From: an uncultured delta proteobacterium
Lineage (GTDB): Bacteria > Desulfobacterota > Binatia > UBA9968
NCBI GenBank assembly: GCA_963728565.1
Contig: CAVSLC010000002.1
Location: 184,752-248,751 of the forward strand
Reading direction: 5' to 3'
DNA: 64,000 nt
Under the pieces are notes generated by a model, which saw only the letters and a list, made by a program, of their open reading frames with translations, was not told the DNA's origin and searched no databases. A program made the translations under genes and the position numbers. Below, in pieces: positions 1 to 11,400 of the stretch. Each line of letters opens with the position of its first letter. Position 1 is the stretch's first letter.

Positions 1-1563
1 AGCCCCGAATGAGCGGCTGGTCAGCAGATAAACCGGGTAGGCTTCGATCATAACAATAAGGCCGATGAAGCCGATGCTGAAGATCATGCAGATCGCGCCG
101 CCGAAGCTGGTGGGGATTTCGGCCACATGATCATAAGTAAATTTGGGATAGATTGCGCCGAGGCCAACGCAAATCGCGGTAATACCGAAGGTCATTAGAA
201 AGATCGTCACCAGCGATAAGATCATCATCCAGTTCGGTACGCCTAACATCAGATTGCTGAAAAAGACTAGTAACTCACCGAGAAAAAGAAGTGGCAATAA
301 GTTTAGCCAAAACTTACTCCAGAGCAGCGTTTTGAGCGATATCGGTGAGGTTTGTAAGAGCCAAAACGCGTTGCCTTCCAGACTTACTGCCGGGAACGCA
401 AAGCGCATGGCGACCGCGCTGAGCACGAACCCGGCCAGGGCCAAATTGACGAAGGCCACCACGGTTCTCAAAGTTCCAGCCGGCATGGGCGATCGATCGA
501 GCGGCAACACTTTGAAATTGTAGAGGTAGACGACAATGAGGGCGATCAGCAGGAATACTTGCGACCATTGGCTGCTATCACGCATGAAAGTTTTGATATC
601 CTTGATCAAAATAGCTCGCATCACTCCGGAAAATGGCCGAGTGAGTAAACTGATGAGCAGATCGAGCCATTTTAGTTTTCGCCGTCCCTGATTCGACTCT
701 TGTGCCTTTGACCAGCCGTCCAGATACACTGCGCCCGAGACCCATGACGTGACCAGCGGAAAAAACAGCCCATAGCTCGCCAGCAAGGCAAAGAAAAAGG
801 CCTGGTCTGTAGAGCGGTTAAATAGAGTTCCAGCCAAGATTTCAGCCGACCAACTGCTCGGTAAATAGGGCGAAGAAGGTGTTTCCATCGCGGTTAGGAA
901 CTGGACAAAGTGCCCGAAGCTTTCCGGCCGCACTAATCTTTCCGGCTGGGAAAACCGGAAGAGAAAATAAATCAAAATGAAGGCAAACAGGCCGACAAAA
1001 AAAAGTATATCGCGGATGCGCTTGGCGGGAAGAAAGTAGACGAATAAATGCGTAGCCAAAACCCCGAATGCCGCGGGGATGATCAAAAACAGCGGCAGAC
1101 TCAACATCAGCCATAGGTAAAAGATGACTCCGCCGCCGAAGACCGTGTTGTAGGCGCCGAAAATCGGCAAACTGAAAAATAGCACCATCCACGACGAATT
1201 AACCGTGGTCATGAGCAAACGCGAATAATAAAAATGATTGTGCGACAGCGGTGTAGAGATGATCAAGTCCAGATCGCGCGCGAGAAAAAATGCCGAGAGC
1301 GCTGTTATCAGATTGCTGAACAGAAGCATCGATAGAAAAGTCAGCAGAATGATCAACAGGAGTTGATAGGCCAGGGCAGGGCCGAGGTCATGCACGGATT
1401 GAAAATACATCAGTACGCGGCGAATTACATAGAACGTGCCGATCCAGAAACAGATCCCCAGGGTCAGGAGCGACCAGCGGCGGCCCGTCCGAGCCCGGCG
1501 CCGATGAAAGTCGTTTTGCCATGCCAACCACTTGGGCGAGAGAAGTAGCAGAATCGTGCTCAA
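1..1563 (-). CDS. Putative ABC exporter permease (runs off the left edge)
   Basis: Read by hand at both ends: TTG at 1563 overlaps the ATPase stop and reads MSTILLLSPKWLAW...LLIILLTFLSMLLFSNLITALSAFFLARDLDL; the same frame is open at positions 1-60; many hydrophobic segments. Confidence 0.8.
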   Translation of the reverse strand, partial: MSTILLLLSPKWLAWQNDFHRRRARTGRRWSLLTLGICFWIGTFYVIRRVLMYFQSVHDLGPALAYQLLLIILLTFLSMLLFSNLITALSAFFLARDLDLIISTPLSHNHFYYSRLLMTTVNSSWMVLFFSLPIFGAYNTVFGGGVIFYLWLMLSLPLFLIIPAAFGVLATHLFVYFLPAKRIRDILFFVGLFAFILIYFLFRFSQPERLVRPESFGHFVQFLTAMETPSSPYLPSSWSAEILAGTLFNRSTDQAFFFALLASYGLFFPLVTSWVSGAVYLDGWSKAQESNQGRRKLKWLDLLISLLTRPFSGVMRAILIKDIKTFMRDSSQWSQVFLLIALIVVYLYNFKVLPLDRSPMPAGTLRTVVAFVNLALAGFVLSAVAMRFAFPAVSLEGNAFWLLQTSPISLKTLLWSKFWLNLLPLLFLGELLVFFSNLMLGVPNWMMILSLVTIFLMTFGITAICVGLGAIYPKFTYDHVAEIPTSFGGAICMIFSIGFIGLIVMIEAYPVYLLTSRSFGA

Positions 1564-2318
1564 ACCGGCCGCTCCCGAGGCAATGCTAAGTCGGCCTGCT
1601 GCTGGGTTAACTCAAGAAAAACATCTTCCAAATTACTGTCGTGACCCCGAGTGAGTCGGTAAATGTCCGCCATGGTCCCACTGGCGATCAGATGGCCCTT
1701 CTGAATAATTCCGATTCGGTGGCATACTTCCTCGGCCACGCTGATGCTATGGGTCGATAAGAAAACCGTCGTACCGTTTTTCGCCAACGAACGAAATAGG
1801 TCCTTAAGGGTGCGCGCACCCTTGGGATCCAAGCCGACCATCGGCTCATCGACAATGAGAATGCGCGGCTCATGGACAAGCGCCGCGCACAACACCAGGC
1901 GCTGTTTCATGCCGTGGGAAAACCCTTCCACTAACTCGTCCTGCCAATCGGCTAATTCGAAATATTCCAAGAGCTCGTCAATCCTGTGTTTCAATCGAGC
2001 CGATTCCATTCGGTGTAGCTTAGCGACAAACGTAAGGAATTCTTTGCCGCTGAGTTTCTCATAAATAAACGGGCGATCGGGGATGAATCCGGCGATAGCT
2101 TTGGCTTGCTGCGGCTCGTGTTCGACATCGTGCCCGCCGAGAATCACTCGGCCCGAGCTCGCTCTCAAGATCCCCATCATTACTCGGATGGTCGTGGTCT
2201 TGCCCGCGCCGTTGGGGCCCAGGAAGCCAAATATTTCTCCCGGGGCAACTTCGATGTTGAGATTATCTACAGCAGCCAGGCGGCCGTACTGTTTGCGTAA
2301 ATTGATTATGCGAATCAT
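1560..2318 (-). CDS. ABC transporter ATP-binding protein
   Basis: Walker A GPNGAGKTT, signature FSHGMKQR, Walker B ILIVDEP; start taken at MIRIINLRK. Confidence 0.95.
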   Translation of the reverse strand: MIRIINLRKQYGRLAAVDNLNIEVAPGEIFGFLGPNGAGKTTTIRVMMGILRASSGRVILGGHDVEHEPQQAKAIAGFIPDRPFIYEKLSGKEFLTFVAKLHRMESARLKHRIDELLEYFELADWQDELVEGFSHGMKQRLVLCAALVHEPRILIVDEPMVGLDPKGARTLKDLFRSLAKNGTTVFLSTHSISVAEEVCHRIGIIQKGHLIASGTMADIYRLTRGHDSNLEDVFLELTQQQADLALPRERPV

Positions 2319-2439
2319 AGCGAGGGAGTCTGCTCTATTTAACGCGTCCAAGCCCCCGGCCGCTAAAGATCCAAGGCAGATAACTCGGCTAGGAATTATC
2401 CGCGCCACCCGGGTTGCTAGAGTCCGTCGATTTAGTGAA

Positions 2440-3903
2440 TTATTCCTGTTCCAGAACTTCTATTCTCAGATTGCCGATCAATTTAAGCATATCCAACTGC
2501 CGGTCGATTTCGCCTTCGATGAATTTGACGTGAGTGACATCGGCGGGAAACTGATCGAGCACCGAGTCCAAGGAGATCCATTTGCCAAGCCAAACTTCGG
2601 ACCAGGCGTGATAATAAAATGCGCCGCGCAGATAGACCAACCCAACTACGGTTCTGGCGGGAATGCCCGCGGCGCGAGCGAGCGCGTTGAACAGCACAGT
2701 ATGTTCGTTGCAATCCCCCTTTTTGGTTTGCAGCACTTGGAGAGCGTTAGGGATACTGATAGTCGGCTGCTTTTCGATTTCGTTGTAGACCCAATTTTTC
2801 AGGCGCACGACCGCTCTGTGCGCATCTGTTTCCGCGCCGAGGATTTGCATGGCACGATCGCGGATCGATGGATGATCGCTTTGCAGAAATGGAGTGGGGT
2901 TCAAGAATGAGCCGAAGCGGCGATCTTTTAGCGGGATCTTGTAAGTGTCGGACGGGCTAACCTGCTCTCGCTCTATGCGCAAGACATCCTCGCTAAACTT
3001 CTGGCGTTCACCATGCAATGCGAATTCTACCAAGTTCAGGCCGCTTAATCTTAGTCGAAGCTTACTTCTACTTTGCGGCTGGAGAATCGATTCGCCGACC
3101 GCGATCGAAGCGCGTGCAATCAGGTCCAAAGGAACGGCGGGCGAATCAGCGAAGCTTTTTACCTGTGGCGGAGCTTCCCGTCGGAGAGCAAATCCGCCAG
3201 GGCTTTCCTCCTTCAGCGTGCGGCCATTTCCATCGATCCACGAAACCACCGAAATCCCTTTGAACCGTTGCCGCAATCTGATCGCCGGCACTTTTTGATC
3301 GCCGACGAGGATGTGCTCGCGAGCTTCGATGACCACCGAAGTGATTTGATCGGCAAGAGTCGCAGGATCGAAGATTGTAAAGAAATGTTCTTTGCCGGGC
3401 TCCAACTGCTGGGTTGCGACTAAAGGTTTCAAAGCCGCGGCTAAGTAGGGCGGTTGCGTCAGTGCGATAATCTGCTTCGACGTATGGCCGGCCGACTCAA
3501 TTTCGAGGTGTAATTGACCCGGAATAACCTTGCCCCGGGATTGAAAACGGACATCGTTTGACAGCAGCTCAAAATCGAAATCTTTAAGCACCCATTCTTT
3601 ATCCACAGCCATGGCCAGCCGCGTCGAAGCCCGCTGAGTCGTTCCTAATAGATTCAAGCGCAGCAGCGATTCATCGCGCAGCTGATATCCGTTCTGGCTC
3701 GGCTCAATGCTTTGTGAAGTGAAGCCGATTTTCTCGCCCTGATAGTAGACTCCCCACCATTCCTGAGTCGCTTCCGTAAGAGTTTCCGTCGCGCTGACGA
3801 AAAGCGGAGGCGGCGGCGCCCAGAGCTGGCGTTTGATGAGTAGGACGTTCATCACGCACCAGAACACAACGACAGCGAGGCCAATGGATTGTTTCACGAT
3901 CAT
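2440..3903 (-). CDS. Membrane-anchored transglutaminase-like domain protein
   Basis: N-terminal hydrophobic anchor; GDCNEH...YYHAWSEVWLGKWISLD gives the Cys-His-Asp triad. Confidence 0.85.
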   Translation of the reverse strand: MIVKQSIGLAVVVFWCVMNVLLIKRQLWAPPPPLFVSATETLTEATQEWWGVYYQGEKIGFTSQSIEPSQNGYQLRDESLLRLNLLGTTQRASTRLAMAVDKEWVLKDFDFELLSNDVRFQSRGKVIPGQLHLEIESAGHTSKQIIALTQPPYLAAALKPLVATQQLEPGKEHFFTIFDPATLADQITSVVIEAREHILVGDQKVPAIRLRQRFKGISVVSWIDGNGRTLKEESPGGFALRREAPPQVKSFADSPAVPLDLIARASIAVGESILQPQSRSKLRLRLSGLNLVEFALHGERQKFSEDVLRIEREQVSPSDTYKIPLKDRRFGSFLNPTPFLQSDHPSIRDRAMQILGAETDAHRAVVRLKNWVYNEIEKQPTISIPNALQVLQTKKGDCNEHTVLFNALARAAGIPARTVVGLVYLRGAFYYHAWSEVWLGKWISLDSVLDQFPADVTHVKFIEGEIDRQLDMLKLIGNLRIEVLEQE

Positions 3904-3963
3904 GCGGTAGAACACGGCTATGGTAAATGCAAAGGCAGATCAGTTCAAACTAAATGCCAGCAG

Positions 3964-4444
3964 ATGTCGAAATCAAATCCTCGGGAACTGAGATTCGCCG
4001 CCGACGTCATGCTTGGCAGGCTTGCGAAATGGCTCAGGGTGCTAGGACTAGATGTGCTTTATGGACGACATCTCTCAGGCGCCGGTTTGGTCCATGCGGC
4101 ACGCCAAGAAAATCAGAATCATTCTCACCCGGGACCGCCGTTTACGTACTCAACCGCAGGACTCTCTGTTGATACAAAGCGATGACTTTCGCGAACAGCT
4201 GCGTCAGGTCGTCAGCACGTTTCATCTGGCTCGAACCAACGATCTTTTCAGGCGATGTCTTATCTGCAATTCTTCGCTGCAGCCGCGTCCGAAAACTTCC
4301 GTCAAACAGGCGGTCCCCGAATATGTTTTTTCAACTCAGGAACAATTTTTTTGGTGTGCCAATTGCCGCCGTATCTACTGGCCCGCGACTCATCACCAAA
4401 AAATGCTGCAGGAAATAAAAAAATTGCAATTGGAGTGGTCTTAG
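3964..4444 (+). CDS. Mut7-C RNase (PIN-like + Zn ribbon) family protein, one frameshift near 4112
   Basis: FAADVMLGRLAKWLRVLG joined to ILTRDRRL...RCLICN...FWCANCRRIYWPATH across two overlapping ORFs. Confidence 0.85.
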
Positions 4445-4641
4445 CTGATGAACTAAGCCCGCGAAAGCTCGCCACGCTCCGTTTGCCATGCCCAGGATCG
4501 TTTCCCCTGCCTGGAATTTGCTGGATTCGTGTGCTAATTAATTGATCTGTTCATCCCTTGGCTGAACCGGTCCGAACTGCTCGCGACTCGATACGGTGGT
4601 GGCGATGTTATCGGCGCGGGCGGATCGAAAGTAGTCTATAT

Positions 4642-4717
4642 TCCCCGGTAGCTCAGTCGGTAGAGCAGTTGGCTGTTAACCAATTGGTCGGGGGTTCGAG
4701 TCCCTCCCGGGGAGCCA
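4642..4717 (+). tRNA. tRNA-Asn (GTT)
   Basis: TCCCCGG/CCGGGGA acceptor stem, D arm AGCTCAGTCGGTAGAGC, anticodon loop CTGTTAA, T loop GGTTCGAGTCC, encoded CCA. Confidence 0.97.
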
Positions 4718-4734
4718 GCTTTAGACCACAAGAG

Positions 4735-4766
4735 AAAGGCCCTTCGACAATATCGAGGGGCCTTTT
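4735..4766 (+). terminator. Probable intrinsic terminator after tRNA-Asn
   Basis: AAAGGCCCTTCGA-caata-TCGAGGGGCCTTTT stem-loop. Confidence 0.7.
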
Positions 4767-4929
4767 GCGTGTGCGGCTTTGGGATTCGGTGAAGAACTCG
4801 CCAGTCCTCTCAACCCGAGGCGGGCTCGCCTTGCGCAATCAAAGGCGGTAATTTTTATACGATACTCGATCATACGTGAGTAACGGATGTAACTGAGTGA
4901 GCAAACGTAGGGGAAAGTATTGTCTGAAT

Positions 4930-5496
4930 TCAGGTAAGTTTTTCGATCACCGCGGCAAGTAGCTCTGGCGAGATCGGCTTGGCTAAAAACTCCGCGATTC
5001 CCGCTTCCGCGGCTTGTGCAAGGATCTCGTCGCTCTCCCAGCCGGAACATGCAACGATCGGGATGTCTTTCGTCTGAGAATTCTCCTTTATCCTTTTGGC
5101 GGTTTCCAAACCGCTGGAGTCAGGTAGCGAAAGATCCATCACGATCAAATCGGGATTCTCGATCAGGCTCATTCTAATTCCGGCGCGGCCATCGGCTGCT
5201 TCGCATGTTTTATAACCTAGATGACGTAAGGTGATTGTGAGCACCCGCCGAACGTCAGCCTGATCCTCGATGATCAGGATCTTCTTGCGAGCAATCGATG
5301 CACTTGCCTCTCTTCCACTAGCCTGCGTGCAGGTTCCTTGGCGTTGGTGCTCGACACATTCAGGACAGAATTCATCCATCGGAGGAGCACCGTGGTCGTG
5401 TTTGTCGAAATCTGTAACCGGCCAATTCGGACAATTTGAACAGAAATGCCAAAGATCCGTGTTGTGCGTCTTGCGGTAAGAAATTTTCGTTGCCAC
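4930..5496 (-). CDS. Response regulator with an N-terminal Cys/His-rich domain
   Basis: REC domain (ILIIED, LIVMD, FLAKP) preceded by WHFCSNC...W...CPEC...C. Confidence 0.85.
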   Translation of the reverse strand: MATKISYRKTHNTDLWHFCSNCPNWPVTDFDKHDHGAPPMDEFCPECVEHQRQGTCTQASGREASASIARKKILIIEDQADVRRVLTITLRHLGYKTCEAADGRAGIRMSLIENPDLIVMDLSLPDSSGLETAKRIKENSQTKDIPIVACSGWESDEILAQAAEAGIAEFLAKPISPELLAAVIEKLT

Positions 5497-5554
5497 GGGC
5501 CGCGGGACTGCAAATGTCGTTCCGGCCGCTTTGGCAATTCTTGTCTAGAAATTT

Positions 5555-6227
5555 CCGCTGCACGACATTTGCGATGGCGGTTGGTGAGAGGTGTAAATGA
5601 CTGTAACGATCAAGCAACGCTTGAACAGGGCAGTGTCATGTTGTCTTCATAGCAAGCTCAAACTGGCAACCTGAGTTTAATAGCAGCTTTTTTGTTGCAG
5701 CCGGTATTTACAACGCAGCCGGTCATACGTTATTAACTTCAGCCACCGACTACCGCATGAATCGAGACTCAATTCCGAACGACGTTAAGCAGTTTATTTT
5801 GGAGAGAATCGAATCGGTCGCTTATCTGGAGGCGTTACTGCTTCTTCGCAGCAAACGAGATGCACTATGGAGTTGTGAGGCTGTGGCCAATCGCCTCTAC
5901 ATCGATCAGAAACAAACGGCCGAATTACTGGCACGCCTCGATGCAGATGGTTTTGTAACCTCAGCGGGGGCGGAGGACCCGGTGTACCGATACCAGCCGC
6001 ATACCGCTCATCTACAACAGATGATCGACTCTTTAGCGGAATTCTACGGCAAGCATCTTGTTCCGATCACAAACCTGATTCACGCCAAGCCGAAAAACAG
6101 AGTTCAAGAATTCGCCGATGCTTTTAGCTTGTATCTTGTTTTATTACCGCAGCCGTACATTTGCTCTGGCGGTGTGTGTGGGGTGTAACGGACTGTAGCC
6201 AGCAATAAACGGGTGTCATGTTGTCTT
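5555..6227. repeat. Two imperfect direct copies of an ~85-90 bp element (5555-5647 and 6147-6227)
   Basis: Exact GTGTCATGTTGTCTT at 5633 and 6213, plus shared ACATTTGC..TGGCGGT and GGTGTAA..GACTGTA blocks in the same order. Confidence 0.7.
5757..6188 (+). CDS. Conserved hypothetical protein (winged-helix-like); C-terminus possibly replaced
   Basis: IPxDVKQFILERIESVAYLEALLLL...VQEFADAF; sequence after FADAF reads into the repeat copy. Confidence 0.65.
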   Translation: MNRDSIPNDVKQFILERIESVAYLEALLLLRSKRDALWSCEAVANRLYIDQKQTAELLARLDADGFVTSAGAEDPVYRYQPHTAHLQQMIDSLAEFYGKHLVPITNLIHAKPKNRVQEFADAFSLYLVLLPQPYICSGGVCGV

Positions 6228-6327
6228 AGATGCAGTTTTGTGACGGCGCCGAAGGAGAACCGGGTATACTCGCCTTCGAGAAAATTATTGCAGTTGCTGA
6301 ATGCACCTGAATTTCTGAGATATGCCG

Positions 6328-8445
6328 TCAGGAATGATTTTTAGCAGTCTTGGGGAATGAAGCGGAATGACTCGTCGATGGAGTGTCTCCAACAAATTTC
6401 ACGCCTTTACTTTTGATGGCGCTGTCGATTTTTTCTAACACTTCGTCGAGCTGATACGGTTTCATAATAACACCGCTCAGTTCCTGCTTAGCCAGTTCCG
6501 TCTCCAGCTGAGAGGCGATAAACCCGGTGGCGAAAATCGCCTTAATGTCAGGATCAACTTCTTTCATCTTTCGATAAGCTTCCCACCCGTTTAGCTTCGG
6601 CAATCCAAAATCAAGGATTACTGCCGCGATCTCTTGCTTATGCAGATTGTGCATATCGACAGCTTCAGCGCCATCCGCCGCGGTTAACACTCTGTACCCC
6701 GCTCGCTGCAGATGTATCTGCATCAAGCGCAGCTGGTGCACCTCGTCGTCAACGAAAAGAATCATTTCACCGTTGGCCACCAGCCCGTCAATTTTCCTGC
6801 GCGGCGGTTCCGCTCGGGGATCGCTTGATTCGACCTGATCTTTGGGGATGGGAAGAAAAAGCCGAAAGCTTGCGCCGCGACCGGGCTCGCTTTCGACGTC
6901 GATAATACCGCCGTGTTTACCGACGATCCCATAGACCACCGCAAGGCCCAATCCCGTTCCTTCTCCCTGCCGTTTGGTCGTAAAGAACGGCTCAAAAATA
7001 CGACTTTTGGTTGACATGCTCATGCCTATGCCGGTGTCTTTGACGGTGACGCAGCAGTACAGTTCCTCTTTCACTTCTTGAGAAATCTTGCGCAGCTCGG
7101 CTCCGTCAACTATTTCGGTGGCAACGATCAGCTTTCCACCATTCGGCATGGCGTCGCGCGCATTGAGGCAAAGGTTGAAAACCGCCTGATGAATTTGGTG
7201 AGGGTCGGCCATGATCGACGGCAAGTTCGGTTGTAGATTCCAGATGACCTCGATCTGTTTAGGAAAGGTATCATTGATAATCCCTTGAAGCTTCTGCAAC
7301 ACACTTGTCACTCTGACCGGTTCAAACTTGGTTTCGGCCTTGCGCGCCATGGCTAGGAGCTGCCGGACTAAAGAAACGCCGCGTTCGACGGTTTCTATAA
7401 TCACTTCTACATGCTCGGAGTTTCTGTCCTTGCCGTCGCTATTCTGCAAAATCAGATTGGCGTACCCGGAGATGATGTTGAGAATGTTGTTAATGTCGTG
7501 GGCAATTCCACCGGCCAAAGTGCCGATGCTTTCCATTTTCTGCACTTGGAGAAGCTGCTCTTGGAGCTTTTCCCGTTCACCGATGGTGTGGGCTAATTCA
7601 GCCGCCTTTTCGACATATCGTTCTTCGAGATCGGAGTTGAGTCGTTTAAGCTGTTCTTCGGTCTTCTTGCGGGCAGTGATGTCACGGAAAATGGCCGAAA
7701 AGCCGACGAGCTCCCCGTGATCATCGACCAGCGAGGTGACCACAACATTAGCCCAAAAGCGCGAGCCATCCTTGCGCAGGCGCCAGCCCTCGTCTTCATA
7801 GCGTCCCGCCCCAGCCGAGTCCTTCAGTGCCTGGCCAGGCAAGCCCTTTTCCTCGTCTTCCGGCGTGTAGAAAGCGCCGAACAATTTGCCAATGGCTTCA
7901 TGCTGGCTCCAACCGACAATCCGCTCGGCGCCCAAATTCCAGGTTGAGACCCGGCCGCTCGGATCCATCATGAAAATCGCGTAATCCTGCAAGCTTTCGA
8001 CCACCATTCGAAAGCGCTCTTCGCTTTGCCGGATTGCTTGTAGTTTTAGCTGCTCGTTCTTATGAAACAGGTCGACGAAAACCGAAACCTTGGCCTGAAG
8101 AATTTGCGGCACAACCGGTTTGAAAAGGTAATCAACGGCCCCGCTGGCGGCTCCTCGAAAAACGTCCGATTCCAGGGTATCGATGGCAGAGATAAAAATA
8201 ATTGGGGTGTAGCGAAACCTTTCTCTCTGTCGAATCAACGCGGCGGTCTCAAAGCCGTCCATCACCGGCAGGCGGACGTCCATAAGGATCAGCGCAAAGT
8301 CCTCTCGTAACAACAGGCGGAGCGCCTCCGTGCCCGAAGAAGCCGTTGAGATGTTTCGCCCCGGCCCCGCGAGAAGCGCCTCCATGGCCGCGAGCGTCTT
8401 TACATCATCGTCAACTACTAGGATGTTCGCCGTTGCTGCGTTCAT
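6328..8445 (-). CDS. Hybrid sensor kinase REC-PAS-HisKA-HATPase-REC
   Basis: ILVVDD REC, PAS ([12 protein letters not shown]), GIAHDINN H-box, NARDAM, GTGLGL, C-terminal REC. Confidence 0.93.
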   Translation of the reverse strand: MNAATANILVVDDDVKTLAAMEALLAGPGRNISTASSGTEALRLLLREDFALILMDVRLPVMDGFETAALIRQRERFRYTPIIFISAIDTLESDVFRGAASGAVDYLFKPVVPQILQAKVSVFVDLFHKNEQLKLQAIRQSEERFRMVVESLQDYAIFMMDPSGRVSTWNLGAERIVGWSQHEAIGKLFGAFYTPEDEEKGLPGQALKDSAGAGRYEDEGWRLRKDGSRFWANVVVTSLVDDHGELVGFSAIFRDITARKKTEEQLKRLNSDLEERYVEKAAELAHTIGEREKLQEQLLQVQKMESIGTLAGGIAHDINNILNIISGYANLILQNSDGKDRNSEHVEVIIETVERGVSLVRQLLAMARKAETKFEPVRVTSVLQKLQGIINDTFPKQIEVIWNLQPNLPSIMADPHQIHQAVFNLCLNARDAMPNGGKLIVATEIVDGAELRKISQEVKEELYCCVTVKDTGIGMSMSTKSRIFEPFFTTKRQGEGTGLGLAVVYGIVGKHGGIIDVESEPGRGASFRLFLPIPKDQVESSDPRAEPPRRKIDGLVANGEMILFVDDEVHQLRLMQIHLQRAGYRVLTAADGAEAVDMHNLHKQEIAAVILDFGLPKLNGWEAYRKMKEVDPDIKAIFATGFIASQLETELAKQELSGVIMKPYQLDEVLEKIDSAIKSKGVKFVGDTPSTSHSASFPKTAKNHS

Positions 8446-11400
8446 AACCGACTCCGGAATGTGTCTGCTTGCCGAAAAGCCATATGCGTAGTAGTCCGAG
8501 CAGCTCCTCCGTATTGACCGGCTTGGCGATATAGTCCGAAGCGCCTGCTTCCAGGCATTTTTCGCGGTCACCCTTCATGGCCTTAGCCGTCAGCGCGAGA
8601 ATGGGTAATAGCTTGTGTTTTGTGCTTTTCCGGATCAGGCTTATGGTTTCATAGCCATCCATGTCCGGCATCATGATGTCCATTAGCACGGCGTCAATCA
8701 CTTCCTCTCGGTCGAGAAGCGAAATCGCCTCTTTACCGGTTTCCGCGCTGATGACACGCACACCGTGCTGTTCGAGTAAGCTGGTCAAGGCGAAAATATT
8801 GCGCACGTCATCATCCACGACCAGCACTGTCTTACCCCTGAGCGCCTCGTCGCTATGGCGCAGTCGTTCGAGCATTTGTTGTTTGGCAGGAGCGAGTTCG
8901 GTTGTTAACAGGTGCAGGAACAAGGATGTTTCATCGAGCAAACGCTCGGGAGATTGGACACCCTTGATGACCACACTCTCGGCCAGTTGTGCCAGCTGCA
9001 GTTCATCTTGCTCGGTCAAGTCTTTGCCCGTAAAAACGACGATCGGCAAATCTTGCAGATCGCGTTGACGCCGAATGCGCTCGAGCAAATCGAAGCCGGT
9101 TATGTCCGGCAGCTTCAGGTCGAGAACCATGCAGTCAAACTTCTTTGAGCGCAAAATGTTCCAAGCCTCGCCGCCGGTGTGCGCCGTAGTGATCTCGACC
9201 TTTTCGTGGGAGAGCAGTTCAACGATGCTCTGCCTTTCCACCGCGTCGTCTTCGACGATCAAGAGCTCCTTGCGCTCTGCCCTGGCATAGCCCAATACGC
9301 GGTCAATGGCGATCTCCAATTCGCCGCTAGTGGCCGGTTTGATCAGATAAGAGAAGGCGCCGTGACCCAGCCCCTGTATGCGCTCTTCTTCGACGCTGAC
9401 GATTTGCACCGGAATGTGGCGCGTAGTGGAGTCTTGTTTTAGGTTGCTCAACACGGTCCATCCGAGCATGTCAGGCAGGAAGATATCCAATAGGATGGCG
9501 ACGGGATTGAATTCGCGCGCCAGATTGTGGGCGATCGAACCCTTGTTGGTAACCACGGCTTTGAAGCCTCGCTCGCGCACCAAGTCCAATAACAGTCCGG
9601 CGAAGCGAGGATCATCTTCAACAATAAGGACAACCGCGTCCTTCGGTAGAATCGTTTCGCGATCGTCGGCGATCTCTTCAGGCTTGAGCGAATGCTGCAC
9701 CACCAGGGGAGCCGGATTAAATGTCGTCCATCTCGATGAGAAGTCGCCGGAGGCCGAGGCAAAGTAGTCTTCCGGCAGATAGAGCGTGAAGTTGCTGCCT
9801 TCATTAACGTTGCTGACAAGCCGGATCTCTCCGCCCAACAACGTCGCAAGCTCTCGGCTGATGGCCAGCCCAAGACCGGTGCCGCCGTAGCGGCGGCTGG
9901 TCCCAGCATCGGCTTGGTGGAAAGCCTCGAAAATGATTCTCTGCTTGTCGGTCGGGATGCCGATACCGGTGTCGCTGACCTCAAAAGCGATCACTCTCGA
10001 ACTATTTTTGAGTATCGGGTGTTCCGCGCTCCAGCCCGCCTCAGCGATTCTCATTCGGAAGACGACGCTTCCATGCGTCGTAAATTTGAACGCGTTGGAG
10101 AGCAGATTTTTCAGCACCTGCTGGAGTCGCTTTAGATCGGTGGTCATGCCTTGCGGCAGGTCGATGTGCGTTTCAATCTTAAAAGTAAGATGTCGCGCTT
10201 CCGCCACATGGCGGAAGCTTCGTTCCACCGCTTCCTGCACTTTGCTGAAGAGAACCTCCTCAGGTTCCACGGTGACGGTACCGGATTCGATCTTAGAGAG
10301 ATCGAGAATGTCGCTGATCAAGTTCAGCAGGTCGCCGCCGGAGGCGTGGATGTTACGGGCAAACTCAACCTGTTTTGTGGTGAGATTCCGGTCCGGATTG
10401 GATGTCAGCTGCTGCGCCAGGATGAGGATTGAATTGAGCGGGGTGCGCAATTCGTGCGACATGTTGGCGAGAAATTCCGACTTATATTTTGACGCCAGAG
10501 CCAATTCGGCGGCCTTCTCTTCAAGAGCGTGGCGCGCCTGTTCGATCTCCTGATTTTTGCGCTCCACTTCGGCGTTCTGTTCGGCGAGCTGTTGAGCTTT
10601 GGTTGCCAGCTCTTCATTGGTTTGCTGCAGTTCCTTCTGCTGCGTTTGTAGTTCGCCGGCAAGTTTCTGGGACTGCTGCAAGAGACCTTCGGTTTGCATC
10701 GTTGCCTCGATGGTATTGAGGACGATACCGATGCTCTCGGTAAGCTGGGCAAGAAAGGTCAAATGGGTTGATGTGAATTCAGCCAGTGAGGCCAACTCGA
10801 TGACAGCTTTGGTCTCTGCCTCGAACAGAACCGGCAGCACGATCAGGTTGCGCGGGCAGGCTCGGCCCAAGCCGGAAGTAATTTGCACATAATCGGATGG
10901 GACTTCGGAGAGCAAAATGCGCCGTTTCTCGATGGCGCATTGACCCACCAGGCCGACGCCGATGGGCAGTTCCGCTGCCGCACTCTGAGTCGCTTCGCGC
11001 GCATAGCTGGCGAGCATTTTCAGCCGCGAGTCACCATTGCTTCCCTCGATCTGATAAATTGCGCCGTACTGCGCGCTTACCAGCGGCGCAAGCTCCGAAA
11101 GCAGCATTTGGCCCACAGTCGTAAGATCGCGCTGGCCTTGCATCATGCGAGTGAATTTGGCGAGATTGGTCTTGAGCCAGTCCTGCTCGGTGTTCTGCTC
11201 AGTTGTCGCGCGGAGGTTCTGGATCATCGCATTGATGTTGTCTTTGAGCTCGGCAACCTCACCTCGCGCCGCAACCTGGATCGAACGGGTAAGGTCACCT
11301 TTGGTAACCGCGGTCGCGACATCGGCGATCGCACGCACCTGAGTGGTAAGGTTGGCGGCCAACAAGTTAACGTTATCGGTTAAATCCTTCCAAATGCCTG

